From an uncultured Pseudohongiella sp. (GTDB lineage Bacteria; Pseudomonadota; Gammaproteobacteria; Pseudomonadales; Pseudohongiellaceae), in the NCBI GenBank assembly GCA_965230125.1, contig OZ245938.1, positions 1,613,535-1,677,534 on the forward strand: a stretch of DNA of 64,000 bases. The letters run 5' to 3'. Of the stretch, positions 19,184 to 27,966 are shown one piece after another; position 1 is the stretch's first letter; every line of letters begins with the position of its first letter. The notes beneath the pieces were generated by a model. That model saw only the letters and a program-made list of their open reading frames with translations. It had not been told where the DNA came from and ran no database searches. A program made the translations under genes and the position numbers.

Positions 19184-20519
19184 CCTGGGCAGCGGTGCGC
19201 CAGCGCGGCCTGTCAGGCCGCAAGCCAGTTTCAACCTGGTGCGTCTGAAAAAGATCACCCAGGTGGGGCTGAAAAGTATTTATAGTCACGGTTTGCGCTC
19301 GCTGCTGACTGTGCTCGGCATTGTCATCGGCGTGGCCGCAGTGATTGCCATGCTGGCGGTGAGCGAGGGCGCGAGCTTTGAGGCGCAGCAGCAGTTTCGC
19401 GATCTGGGTGCCGCCAATATCCTGGTGAAAAGCGTCAAGCCGGCGGAAGTGGAAGCAAGTGCCAGCAGCGGATTTGGTCCGCCCCAGGCGGTGGTGTACG
19501 GCCTCACTTACGGCGATATTCGCACTATCGAGAATTCCATACCCGGCGTCACCAACGTGATTGCTTCCCGAATTATAAAAAAGAATGTCTGGCACCTTGG
19601 CAGGAGCATGAATACTGACGTGGTGGGAACCACCGTCGACTATCCGGTGTCACGTAACTACAACCTGCGCACCGGCCGTTTTTTCACCGAATCCGAGGCG
19701 CGAGAGAATGCCAACGTCGTGGTGCTCAGTGATGAGGTGGCTCAGCAGCTTTATCCCATCGATAATCCCCTGGATAAATCGCTGCGCATTGACGGTGACT
19801 ACTACGACATCATTGGCATCATGGAGTCGGAAGGGTATTCAAATCTCGGCCAGAACCAGGCCGGCAGCTCCAACGCAGCGCCAAGTCGCATCTTTATGCC
19901 CATTACTTCTTCGCGCAGCCGTTTTGGCGAAACCAGCACGCGGCAGACTGCTGGTGGGGTTGAATCAGAAACCGTTGAGCTGCATGAAGCAATTATCCAG
20001 GTGGACAGTCAGGACACCGTTATCGAAGTAGGCGAAGTGATCGAGCAGATTCTCGCTCGACGTCACAGCAATATAGACTACGCCGTTGAAGTGCCCCTGT
20101 CGCTGCTGCGTCAGGCAGAAGAAAGCGCCCTGCGCGACCAGATTGTCGCCGGCGCCATTGCCGGTATTTCGCTGCTGGTGGGCGGCATTGGCATCATGAA
20201 TATCATGTTGGCCAGCGTCACCGAACGTACCCGGGAGATAGGCATCCGCCGTGCTCTGGGCGCCAAGAAGCGCGACATAGTCACCCAGTTTCTCATTGAA
20301 GCCGTGATCCTGTCCGGGGTTGGTGGACTGATCGGCGTGGTGCTGGGAGTGACTATCCCGTTCTTCATTTCCCTGTTTTGGGGCATGACCACAATCGTCA
20401 CCCCGATTGCTCCATTACTGGCCTTTTCCATCTCCGCATTGATTGGCGTCATCTTCGGGATTTACCCAAGCGTGCGCGCCGCTGGCATGGATCCTGTGGA
20501 GGCACTCAGACATGAATAA
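19170..20519 (+). CDS. MacB-type ABC transporter permease (periplasmic domain plus FtsX domain)
   Basis: Start ATG 19170 (MSEISLG...) with GGAGAG upstream. TM1, then a large periplasmic domain, then an FtsX-like C-terminus containing TREIGIRRALGAKKRDI. Confidence 0.85.
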   Translation: MSEISLGSGAPARPVRPQASFNLVRLKKITQVGLKSIYSHGLRSLLTVLGIVIGVAAVIAMLAVSEGASFEAQQQFRDLGAANILVKSVKPAEVEASASSGFGPPQAVVYGLTYGDIRTIENSIPGVTNVIASRIIKKNVWHLGRSMNTDVVGTTVDYPVSRNYNLRTGRFFTESEARENANVVVLSDEVAQQLYPIDNPLDKSLRIDGDYYDIIGIMESEGYSNLGQNQAGSSNAAPSRIFMPITSSRSRFGETSTRQTAGGVESETVELHEAIIQVDSQDTVIEVGEVIEQILARRHSNIDYAVEVPLSLLRQAEESALRDQIVAGAIAGISLLVGGIGIMNIMLASVTERTREIGIRRALGAKKRDIVTQFLIEAVILSGVGGLIGVVLGVTIPFFISLFWGMTTIVTPIAPLLAFSISALIGVIFGIYPSVRAAGMDPVEALRHE

Positions 20520-20551
20520 CTTATCCACAGCAGCGTGCGACGGTGGCGCTG

Positions 20552-21208
20552 TCAGGAATTCTGGCTTCCCATTGAGTCAGGCCCCGACGTGCCAGGACCA
20601 GGCAGCTTATCATCGGGATTCTGCTGTTCTGCGGTTGACTCCATTGAATCATGACTCAGCCGCGCCAGGGAGTCTGGTACATCTATACTGATTTGACTGA
20701 ATATGCTGTGGACACTGTCCTGGAAATTAGCTTCAAGCCGCGCCAGGTCCTCGCTGGATGAGCGAGCGGAATCATAGGCTGTATTGTAAATGGTGGAAAT
20801 TTCGCGCGAAGGAAGCCACGATTTGATTGTCCCGCGAAGTGTTTTTACTACTCGCTCGTTTTTTGGATTTTGCTTTGGATTTCCGGCCTCACCATCTCGA
20901 TGCCCGTCCTCGACTGTCAATTTGACCGCTTTTTCTACAAGCGCAGCGTATCTCTGATGTTCCTTCTCGATAGTGTCACCGTCGAGTTTGTCGGCGCTCC
21001 TGCCGGACATGATGTCCCATAATTCTTTACCCTGGTAGCCGCCGAACGGTCCTTCGGCGCGTTTTTCCTTTTCTGCGGCCGGAGACTCGCGGATCAACGC
21101 TTCAGCAACGTCTTCGATTCGCCTGATTCGATCGATCACGTAGAGCAACAACACCACGAGCGATACGGAGCTGACAAGCAGAAAGGAGAGAATAACAAGG
21201 TTGATCAT
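20552..21208 (-). CDS. hypothetical membrane-anchored protein (218 aa)
   Basis: Single N-terminal TM (MINLVILSFLLVSSVSLVVLLLYVI) followed by a charged soluble region. No recognisable family. Last gene of the minus-strand string that starts at flhA. Confidence 0.5.
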   Translation of the reverse strand: MINLVILSFLLVSSVSLVVLLLYVIDRIRRIEDVAEALIRESPAAEKEKRAEGPFGGYQGKELWDIMSGRSADKLDGDTIEKEHQRYAALVEKAVKLTVEDGHRDGEAGNPKQNPKNERVVKTLRGTIKSWLPSREISTIYNTAYDSARSSSEDLARLEANFQDSVHSIFSQISIDVPDSLARLSHDSMESTAEQQNPDDKLPGPGTSGPDSMGSQNS

Positions 21209-21370
21209 AGCTCAATTAACTCGACGAGTTGAACTCGCTGTATTCTCAAAGAGAGGGTACGCCTATTTTTTTGAGGTGAACATATCCTTTGCAGCTTGTT
21301 GTCGATGTGCTGGGCTCAAGCACGGCTGAAAAGTATTCCGCAGTGAGCACAGCATCGTCCTGCCACCATG

Positions 21371-21769
21371 TTATCTTTCCAGAAATTCCAGGACATCTGG
21401 ACTTAAACGCTGTTTGTTCTTGATTATTTCTTCAATGGGGGTGCTAAAACAATCCAGGCTCTTATTGCATTGCATGCGGCAATTCAATACTGCACCTTCC
21501 TCTACTTCGAGTTCGCTACAGGTCAGACTACCCGCAATCTTGCCGCTTCTGCGCAGTGATACGTTGCCTGAAGCAATAACATTACCGATGACTTTTCCGA
21601 AAATAACAGCATTTCTGCACTCGATGTTCCCCTTCACAACCGCAGCTTCGGAGATCTCAAGGTCCTTGCAGGTGAATCTGCCGATGCTCAAGCCGTGAAG
21701 TTTAATATCCGTATCCATGATGAAATTTCCGTCGATAAAACCGGATAGAGAAAGTGTTTCTTGTTGCAT
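21371..21769 (-). CDS. bactofilin-family (DUF583, CcmA-like) polymer-forming protein
   Basis: Beta-helical repeat pattern VVKGNIECRNAVIFGKVIGNVIASGNVSLRRSGKIAGSLTCSELEVEEGAVL. ATG 21769 is preferred over the TTG at 21817. Confidence 0.7.
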   Translation of the reverse strand: MQQETLSLSGFIDGNFIMDTDIKLHGLSIGRFTCKDLEISEAAVVKGNIECRNAVIFGKVIGNVIASGNVSLRRSGKIAGSLTCSELEVEEGAVLNCRMQCNKSLDCFSTPIEEIIKNKQRLSPDVLEFLER

Positions 21770-21813
21770 ACCAGCTATTCCTTGGAAAAAATGTGATACT
21801 TCGCTGTGGCTAC

Positions 21814-22308
21814 TCAATACTCTGGACCTGCGGATGCCGATTCTTTAGCAAGAAGTAATGCAAGGCGTTTGGCGTAGAGACCCTCTTGTAAAGAAAGGTC
21901 TTTAATTCGAATCAGCACTGCTTTTTTATTGATTCGTCTGGCAATCGTGATTTGTACTGATGCCTGGTTCTCTAGCAACGCGGGTTCATTTTTTTCTCGC
22001 TTTTTCAGCGTGCCGATGGCCCCGATCAGATCGGTTGCTGACGGCTCCAGTCTCTGGAATTGGCTGGCACTCCGGGTAGGAATATCAAGCTGCGCGTCAT
22101 AGCCATCCAGGTAGATTTTGTTCAAAACTCCGGAAAATCTGCCTGATTCGAGAGACAGTACAATTGGCAACTCGACTCTGATCAACAGGGCAGGCGTCTT
22201 GAAAACGGAGAAATCAGTTGGCTTGCACATCACTCGTCGACGACGTTCGTCTGGGATTAGACGTCGTTCGGTATCGATCAACTGTGGATTGCTAGAAGGC
22301 TCCATCAT
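21814..22308 (-). CDS. hypothetical protein, possibly a degenerate PilZ-like domain
   Basis: Arg cluster DERRRRV followed about 25 aa later by LSLESGRFSG. This resembles but does not satisfy the RxxxR ... D/NxSxxG c-di-GMP motifs. The coding call rests on ORF length and operon context. Confidence 0.4.
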   Translation of the reverse strand: MMEPSSNPQLIDTERRLIPDERRRRVMCKPTDFSVFKTPALLIRVELPIVLSLESGRFSGVLNKIYLDGYDAQLDIPTRSASQFQRLEPSATDLIGAIGTLKKREKNEPALLENQASVQITIARRINKKAVLIRIKDLSLQEGLYAKRLALLLAKESASAGPEY

Positions 22309-22428
22309 ATGGGATGCATTACGTTGCCAGAAACAAATCGGGCAAAGCTATCATTTCTCTAAGTAGTTTTATTTGTGAAATTGGTAACATTCGGTATCAA
22401 CAAGAAGGGCGTCTGTCGCGTAGAAACG

Positions 22429-22896
22429 CTAGTCTCCGGGCTCGTCATCCTCGCGGTCGTCATTATCTTCCTGCAGGAATGCGAGAGTTTGGAAGCTGTC
22501 CGGGAGCTTCAGTTCCTGGCATATCTGATCAGCAACAACCTGCGCCTTTGATACGGCCTCATAGGCGCTGATAGAGCCTTCCTGGAAGTCTTGCCCCAGC
22601 TCATAAATTCTCTCGGCATGTTCCTCGCGGATGTAGGTATAAATGTAACCGTCTCCAGATTTGATGAGTTGATAAGGGCTTGCTTTCATTTCTTTAACGG
22701 AATCTTCTGCATCCGCTGATTCCGTTGCTTTGGCGCTATTGATGAATGCACGGTCGATATTTGCCCGGCAGCGTAATGCGATTTTTACCCGAAAGGAACG
22801 ACTCGCCCGGTTGTCATCGGCGGCCAACTCATAATCAGCTCTTGCCTGATCTTTGAGTTTTTCGGAGTTGTTCTTGCGTGGTAGAGACCAGATCAT
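22429..22896 (-). CDS. hypothetical protein (155 aa) translationally coupled to fliA
   Basis: Its ATG overlaps the fliA stop (ATGA at 22893-22896). Basic N-terminus and strongly acidic tail (QEDNDDREDDEPGD). No family recognised. Confidence 0.55.
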   Translation of the reverse strand: MIWSLPRKNNSEKLKDQARADYELAADDNRASRSFRVKIALRCRANIDRAFINSAKATESADAEDSVKEMKASPYQLIKSGDGYIYTYIREEHAERIYELGQDFQEGSISAYEAVSKAQVVADQICQELKLPDSFQTLAFLQEDNDDREDDEPGD

Positions 22897-23624
22897 GGCT
22901 CAAGAATATCTTCCTCGTTTTCCTTCAGGATGCTACGTAGTTTTTCAACGCATCCACTCAGTAACTGGCTAACGCGCGATTCGTTGACACCTATGGTTGC
23001 CCCTATCTCTTTGAGGTTCATTTCTTCGACATAGTAAAGTGCAAGTATGAGCTGACGGCGCTCATCGAGTTGCGTGATAGCCCTTGCTAATAGTGCTTTT
23101 ACTTCAGTATCGTTTATGTTGTCGATGATACTTTGTCCGGAATCAGGGAGATCGAATGGTTGTTCTTCGCTAAGACTTTCGATCGCCAGTATGTCAAAGT
23201 TGTTTGCGTGAGTGCGCTGGCGTTCGAGCTCCTCAAGACTTATCTCCAAATGTGCAGCCACTTCGCGGTTGTTTGGAGTCCTGTTCAGTTGCTGAGAAAG
23301 TCCGGCTCTTGCCGCCGCGTGTCGCTGCATATTTTTTACCGCAAGACGTGACTGGTTGCTCAGTCGGCGCACCTCGTCGAGTATTGCGCCCTTGATCCTG
23401 CTTTTTGCGAAATCTTCGAAACCAACTCCCTGGTTGGCGTCAAACTTTTTCTCAGCCTCTATCAGTCCCAGAGTGCCTAGTTGAATCATGTCATCTGTCT
23501 CTACATAGGAAGGAATTCTAGGGCGCAGATAAATTGCGATCTTCCTCACCAATCCCAGATACGCGGAGATGCGGGAGTTGCTTACACCATCTTGCTGGAT
23601 CGTCTCGTAGAGTTCTGTCTTCAT
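22893..23624 (-). CDS. fliA: flagellar sigma factor FliA (sigma28)
   Basis: Region 2 DDMIQLGTLGLIEAEKKFD. Region 4 HTH NLKEIGATIGVNESRVSQLL. Start at ATG 23624 (MKTELYE...) lies just after the fleN stop. The ORF is open to 23681. Confidence 0.9.
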   Translation of the reverse strand: MKTELYETIQQDGVSNSRISAYLGLVRKIAIYLRPRIPSYVETDDMIQLGTLGLIEAEKKFDANQGVGFEDFAKSRIKGAILDEVRRLSNQSRLAVKNMQRHAAARAGLSQQLNRTPNNREVAAHLEISLEELERQRTHANNFDILAIESLSEEQPFDLPDSGQSIIDNINDTEVKALLARAITQLDERRQLILALYYVEEMNLKEIGATIGVNESRVSQLLSGCVEKLRSILKENEEDILEP

Positions 23625-23634
23625 TCTAGGCTGC

Positions 23635-24435
23635 TCAATTCCAGCGTGTGAAAAACTGAGCTGCAGAACCGTCGAGCTCAAGTTGAGGCTGAGATATCGC
23701 CAGATTGTTGGCGATTTTTCGATAGTTGCCTGAAATCTGTGAATGCGGTGCGAGTGACATAATCGGAATGCCGCGCTGCCATGACTGGTTCACCGCCTGG
23801 TCAATAAATACTGATCCCAGGTATCCGAGTCTGGTAAAGAGAAACTTGTTAACGATCAGGTTCAGGCTATCAAACAGTGCCACACCAGCTTTCTCGTTGC
23901 GGACGCTATTCGGTACAAAATATATATTGTCGAGTTGTTTTTCCTTGACCATAACTTTTATTGTTGCGTAAGCATCGGCTACAGAAGTCATGTCGGGAGT
24001 ACCGACGATAATGCGCTGTTGGCAGCCCTTCAAAAATGCCATAACGGTGGCAGAAATCCCGGCTGCGCAGTCAACAATCATATAATCGAATCTATCCTCC
24101 AGCTTGCTAAATGCCTGTACAACCACTGATGACCGAAAACTGTCTAGAGAAGCCAGTTCGCCCTCTCCGCTCGCTCCTGGTACCAGCGTTATTCCAAAAC
24201 CGGTATCCACCAGTATCTCCTCGATTTCCATCTCTCCAGACAAAACATGGCCGAAATTACTTTCGGCGCTGCAATTGAAGCCTATCTGTGCATTGGCCAA
24301 ACCAAGGTCCCCATCAAAATAGAGTACTCGGTGGCCGAGTTCCGCCAGGGCCATGGCAAGGTTGATGGAAAAAGTGGTTTTACCGACACCTCCTTTACCG
24401 CTGGCGATAGCGATTGACCGTTTCATATTTGTCAT
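23635..24435 (-). CDS. fleN: MinD/ParA-type ATPase FleN (FlhG), flagellar number regulator
   Basis: Deviant Walker A IASGKGGVGKTT. Sits between flhF and fliA. Start ATG 24435 (MTNMKRSIAIA...). Confidence 0.9.
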   Translation of the reverse strand: MTNMKRSIAIASGKGGVGKTTFSINLAMALAELGHRVLYFDGDLGLANAQIGFNCSAESNFGHVLSGEMEIEEILVDTGFGITLVPGASGEGELASLDSFRSSVVVQAFSKLEDRFDYMIVDCAAGISATVMAFLKGCQQRIIVGTPDMTSVADAYATIKVMVKEKQLDNIYFVPNSVRNEKAGVALFDSLNLIVNKFLFTRLGYLGSVFIDQAVNQSWQRGIPIMSLAPHSQISGNYRKIANNLAISQPQLELDGSAAQFFTRWN

Positions 24436-24462
24436 GATACTAGCTGAGCTGCTCCATAAACG

Positions 24463-24480
24463 TTGTTGATACCAATTGAT
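24463..24480. repeat. 18-bp motif TTGTTGATACCAATTGAT, copy 1
   Basis: Exact 18-mer also present at 49069-49086. It contains the direct repeat TTGATAC-CAA-TTGATAC. Lies in the flhF-fleN spacer, 28-45 bp upstream of the fleN ATG. Confidence 0.5.
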
Positions 24481-24502
24481 ACAGGGGCGAAGTTGTTCTG
24501 CT

Positions 24503-25765
24503 CTAAAATAAATGAAAAGCAAATTCCGCATCGTCATTGATACCGGAGGGAGGTGTTTCCGCCCACTCGCCAGATTCCTGTATCAATTTTCTCGATAGCG
24601 TTTCCGCAGTTACTTCAATCAGTTTGTCCAGAACACTTGCATGACCACAGCCCATAGAAGCGGGTAGGCCATTGGCGGAGAGAATCTTCAGCAGCGGCCA
24701 GGGCTGTACTACCTGATCCAGTCGCGATACCAGTGCGGATTCAAAGCGATGCAGGTGCTGTTTAACCAGCGGGGGTAGCGACGTCAGGTAGGTGTCTGCC
24801 GGGAGAACCAGATGGCAACGCGCCTCGGGCGCTGCTTTGCTGATGTCTTGCAGACAGTCGCCGACAGTATTCGATGATGTATCGATTATAATGCTGCGAC
24901 TGTTCGAAAACTCTTTGATCAGTGCCCTGAGATTTTCTTCGCCGCACGCCTGGAATGTGGCGATCCCCGCTTTCGCGCCCAGAACCTGCAGGACACTCCA
25001 GGCACCATCTTTGTCGTCCCTGTAGGAGACTACGATAGCTGGCTTATCCGTGCTGCTCAGAAATGAGGCGAGTTTTATCGCCAGGGTTGTTTTGCCGCAG
25101 CCATGATTGCCGAAAAGCGCGTGTATCCCAGGCTTAATGGGCTGGCCAACCAGCTTGCTGTGGCGCAAGTGATCTGCCACCAGATGTGTCAGTGGGTTGG
25201 GGTCACTTCCCCGCGACAATAATTCACGGCATTCATCGAGATAGGAATCAGTCGCTCCGGTCTCGCGAAGATACTCCAGTAGTGGATGCGCTGGCCCGGA
25301 AATGTTTGCAAACTGCTTCGCGCTGCGAAGACTGGCAATCTCCGATTTCAATGAGGTGAGTTCCTGGCGTATCTGAAGCGCGAGAGAACGCATGGCCTGC
25401 GCTTCTACTCCGTTGTGATGATCGCTGGGTCCTGAATCGCCGGCTTTGGAGGTGATGGTCACTGTCGGTCTTTCATTGTCTTGCGCTATAACAGGTTTTT
25501 TGGTTGCTTTTGCCCTGGTGTCGGGCGCTACTGAATCTGACTCCAATTGCTGCTTTAAAGACTCTTCCCGGTTTGCCAGAATCTGTTCAAACCGCATAGA
25601 TTCCACCGTAGCGGGAGGACTTGCGTCATTGTCGACAGCAACAAGAATGACATTTTGATCGTCTTGCCTTCTGTTGGACAGGATCATGACGTTGTCCCCG
25701 CATTGTCGGGTAATCCGTTCGATGCCGGTTTTTGTGTCAGGAGCGTAGACGCGCTTAAGTTTCAT
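24503..25765 (-). CDS. flhF: flagellar biosynthesis GTPase FlhF (SRP-type)
   Basis: N-terminal B-domain MKLKRVYAPDTKTGIERI..VMILSNR. G1 motif LFGNHGCGKTT. Sits between flhA and fleN. Confidence 0.9.
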   Translation of the reverse strand: MKLKRVYAPDTKTGIERITRQCGDNVMILSNRRQDDQNVILVAVDNDASPPATVESMRFEQILANREESLKQQLESDSVAPDTRAKATKKPVIAQDNERPTVTITSKAGDSGPSDHHNGVEAQAMRSLALQIRQELTSLKSEIASLRSAKQFANISGPAHPLLEYLRETGATDSYLDECRELLSRGSDPNPLTHLVADHLRHSKLVGQPIKPGIHALFGNHGCGKTTLAIKLASFLSSTDKPAIVVSYRDDKDGAWSVLQVLGAKAGIATFQACGEENLRALIKEFSNSRSIIIDTSSNTVGDCLQDISKAAPEARCHLVLPADTYLTSLPPLVKQHLHRFESALVSRLDQVVQPWPLLKILSANGLPASMGCGHASVLDKLIEVTAETLSRKLIQESGEWAETPPSGINDDAEFAFHLF

Positions 25766-25768
25766 AGC

Positions 25769-27886
25769 TTAGTTTCCTGTTTTTTCTTCACTGAGCCCAA
25801 TCCGAGCGATTACCCTGACGTTCTGGTCATCAGGTAGTTCGGTATAGGCCAGGACTGTGAGACCGGGAGCTCGTTGGCGCAAGGTTTTCGCCAGCCAGGT
25901 GCGAACACCGGGTGACACAACCATCACTGCGGGATGTCCAGCTTCTTCTGCTTTGCGTTTGTCTCTGGCGATTGCGTTAAACAGGTTCTCAGCGACGCCG
26001 GGATCGATAACCAGTTCTCCGGACTGCCGGCTTTTGTTTAAAGTTTCCGTGAGCATCTGTTCGAGCGCGGGTTCGAGTGTAATAACTGGTAAGTCCTGAT
26101 CGACTTCTATCAGGCCCTGCATGATCACGCGGGATATTTTTGGTCTGATCAGTGCAGTTAACTCGTCTGCGTCCTTCGTTTTACTGCTCTCGCTGATCAA
26201 GCCTTCAACGATGGTCCGGATGTCGCGAAGCGAGACGGACTCAGCAACCAGATTGCGGAGTACCTGGGCCACAGTAGAAATAGGCAGTCGGTCTGGCACC
26301 AGGTCCTCGATCAACTTGGGAGACTTTTCGGCAATATTGTCGAGCAGCTGCCGGCTTTCTTCATGGCCGAGGAGTTCTGCCGCGTTATCCTTTAGCACCG
26401 TGTTCAGGTGGGTAGCGATGGCAGTGGCGGCATCAACCACGGTGTATCCCATGGTCCGTGCATAGTCGCGTTGTTCCGGGTGAATCCAGTAGGCTTCCAG
26501 ACCGAAAGCTGGCTCCCGGGTTTTCAGCCCTTCGAGGGGCACCTGGGTGTTCCCGGGATTAATGGCGAGATCCCTGCCAATGTGGATCTCACCCTTGCCT
26601 CGCACTGTTCCTCGAATCAGAATCTGGTAACAATCGGCATTGATATTCAGGTTGTCCCTTACCCGGATGGGTTGGAGCAGGAAGCCGAGTTCTGCGGAAA
26701 GTTTCTTACGTACTCCTTTAATTCGGGATAGCAACACGCCGCCGTTTTCTTTGGTCACTAGCGGTATAAGGCCGTAGCCTATTTCCAGGGACACCGGGTC
26801 GACCTGCTCGATTTCTTCCCAGTTAAGTGAATCTTCCTCATCTTCGTCAGCTTCCGCTGACTTGCTTTCAGACTCTGACGTTTGGGTTAATCGGTTATGC
26901 TTCTGACGTAGCAGCAGTACGCCGATCGCGCCAGACAGTACACTAAACAGTAAAAAAATCGCATGTGGCATTCCCGGTATCACGCCCAAAATTAAAAGAA
27001 TCAGTGCCGCGATAAGAAATGCTTCCGGACTAGCCAGCTGCACGCCTGCTTGACGTGAAATCGATTCTGAGGTGGTGACCCGGGTGACAACAATAGCCGT
27101 GGAAAGCGATAACAGCAGGGCGGGGATTTGTGCGACCAGACCATCACCGATAGTGAGCAGCACATAAATCTCTCCAGCCTCAGAAAAGCTGAGAGCATGC
27201 TGGCTCATACCGATCGCCAGGCCACCAACTATGTTGATGATCAGGATCAGAAAGCCAGCAATAGCGTCACCGCGTACGAACTTCGAGGCACCGTCCATTG
27301 AGCCAAAAAAGTCCGACTCCTGGGAAATTTCCTCACGCCGTTCCCGAGCCGTGTTCTGGTCAATAATGCCGGCATTAAGGTCAGCATCAATAGCCATCTG
27401 CTTGCCTGGCATGGCATCCAGAGTGAAACGAGCGATGACTTCCGAAACCCGTCCTGCACCTTTGGTGACTACGATGAAATTGATAATCATCAGGATGGTG
27501 AAGATGATGAATCCGACGATGTAGTTGCCTGCGATGACAAAGTCTCCGAACGCTTCAATAACGCGTCCCGCAGCATCTGGGCCCTCGTGTCCCTTGATTA
27601 GCACGATGCGGGTTGAGGCAACGTTGAGGCTCAGGCGCAGCATGGTGGCCAGGAGCAAGATCGAGGGGAACGAAGAAAACTCTAGCGGCCTGGAGACGTT
27701 GATGGCGATCATGATGATGATCAGGCCGAATACAATGTTCACTGTGAACAGGGTGTCGAGCACCAGAGCAGGCATCGGAATGACCAGCATGGACAGGATC
27801 ACCAGGATCATGACTGGGACACCGAGACCGCCGAGATTCAGGGTCGGCAGCCACTGTCGCAAACTTGACATCACTAGTGAGCTCAA
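25769..27886 (-). CDS. flhA: flagellar type III export gate protein FlhA
   Basis: A 705-aa protein with an N-terminal 8-TM domain, RFTLDAMPGKQMAIDADLNAG (FHIPEP region) and a large cytoplasmic C-domain. Confidence 0.95.
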   Translation of the reverse strand: MSSLVMSSLRQWLPTLNLGGLGVPVMILVILSMLVIPMPALVLDTLFTVNIVFGLIIIMIAINVSRPLEFSSFPSILLLATMLRLSLNVASTRIVLIKGHEGPDAAGRVIEAFGDFVIAGNYIVGFIIFTILMIINFIVVTKGAGRVSEVIARFTLDAMPGKQMAIDADLNAGIIDQNTARERREEISQESDFFGSMDGASKFVRGDAIAGFLILIINIVGGLAIGMSQHALSFSEAGEIYVLLTIGDGLVAQIPALLLSLSTAIVVTRVTTSESISRQAGVQLASPEAFLIAALILLILGVIPGMPHAIFLLFSVLSGAIGVLLLRQKHNRLTQTSESESKSAEADEDEEDSLNWEEIEQVDPVSLEIGYGLIPLVTKENGGVLLSRIKGVRKKLSAELGFLLQPIRVRDNLNINADCYQILIRGTVRGKGEIHIGRDLAINPGNTQVPLEGLKTREPAFGLEAYWIHPEQRDYARTMGYTVVDAATAIATHLNTVLKDNAAELLGHEESRQLLDNIAEKSPKLIEDLVPDRLPISTVAQVLRNLVAESVSLRDIRTIVEGLISESSKTKDADELTALIRPKISRVIMQGLIEVDQDLPVITLEPALEQMLTETLNKSRQSGELVIDPGVAENLFNAIARDKRKAEEAGHPAVMVVSPGVRTWLAKTLRQRAPGLTVLAYTELPDDQNVRVIARIGLSEEKTGN

Positions 27887-27966
27887 AAAAATACCTTGTA
27901 AAACAGTGAATTAAAATTATTTGGCCAAAGCCGCCAGGGGCCAGAAACCGTGTCTTGACTGGTAGT

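Noticed and set aside
21814-22308. Calling the 164-aa protein a bona fide c-di-GMP-binding PilZ protein.
   Set aside because: Neither RxxxR nor D/NxSxxG is strictly present (RRRR gives RxxR; LSLESG has wrong spacing). It is left as hypothetical with a PilZ-like note.
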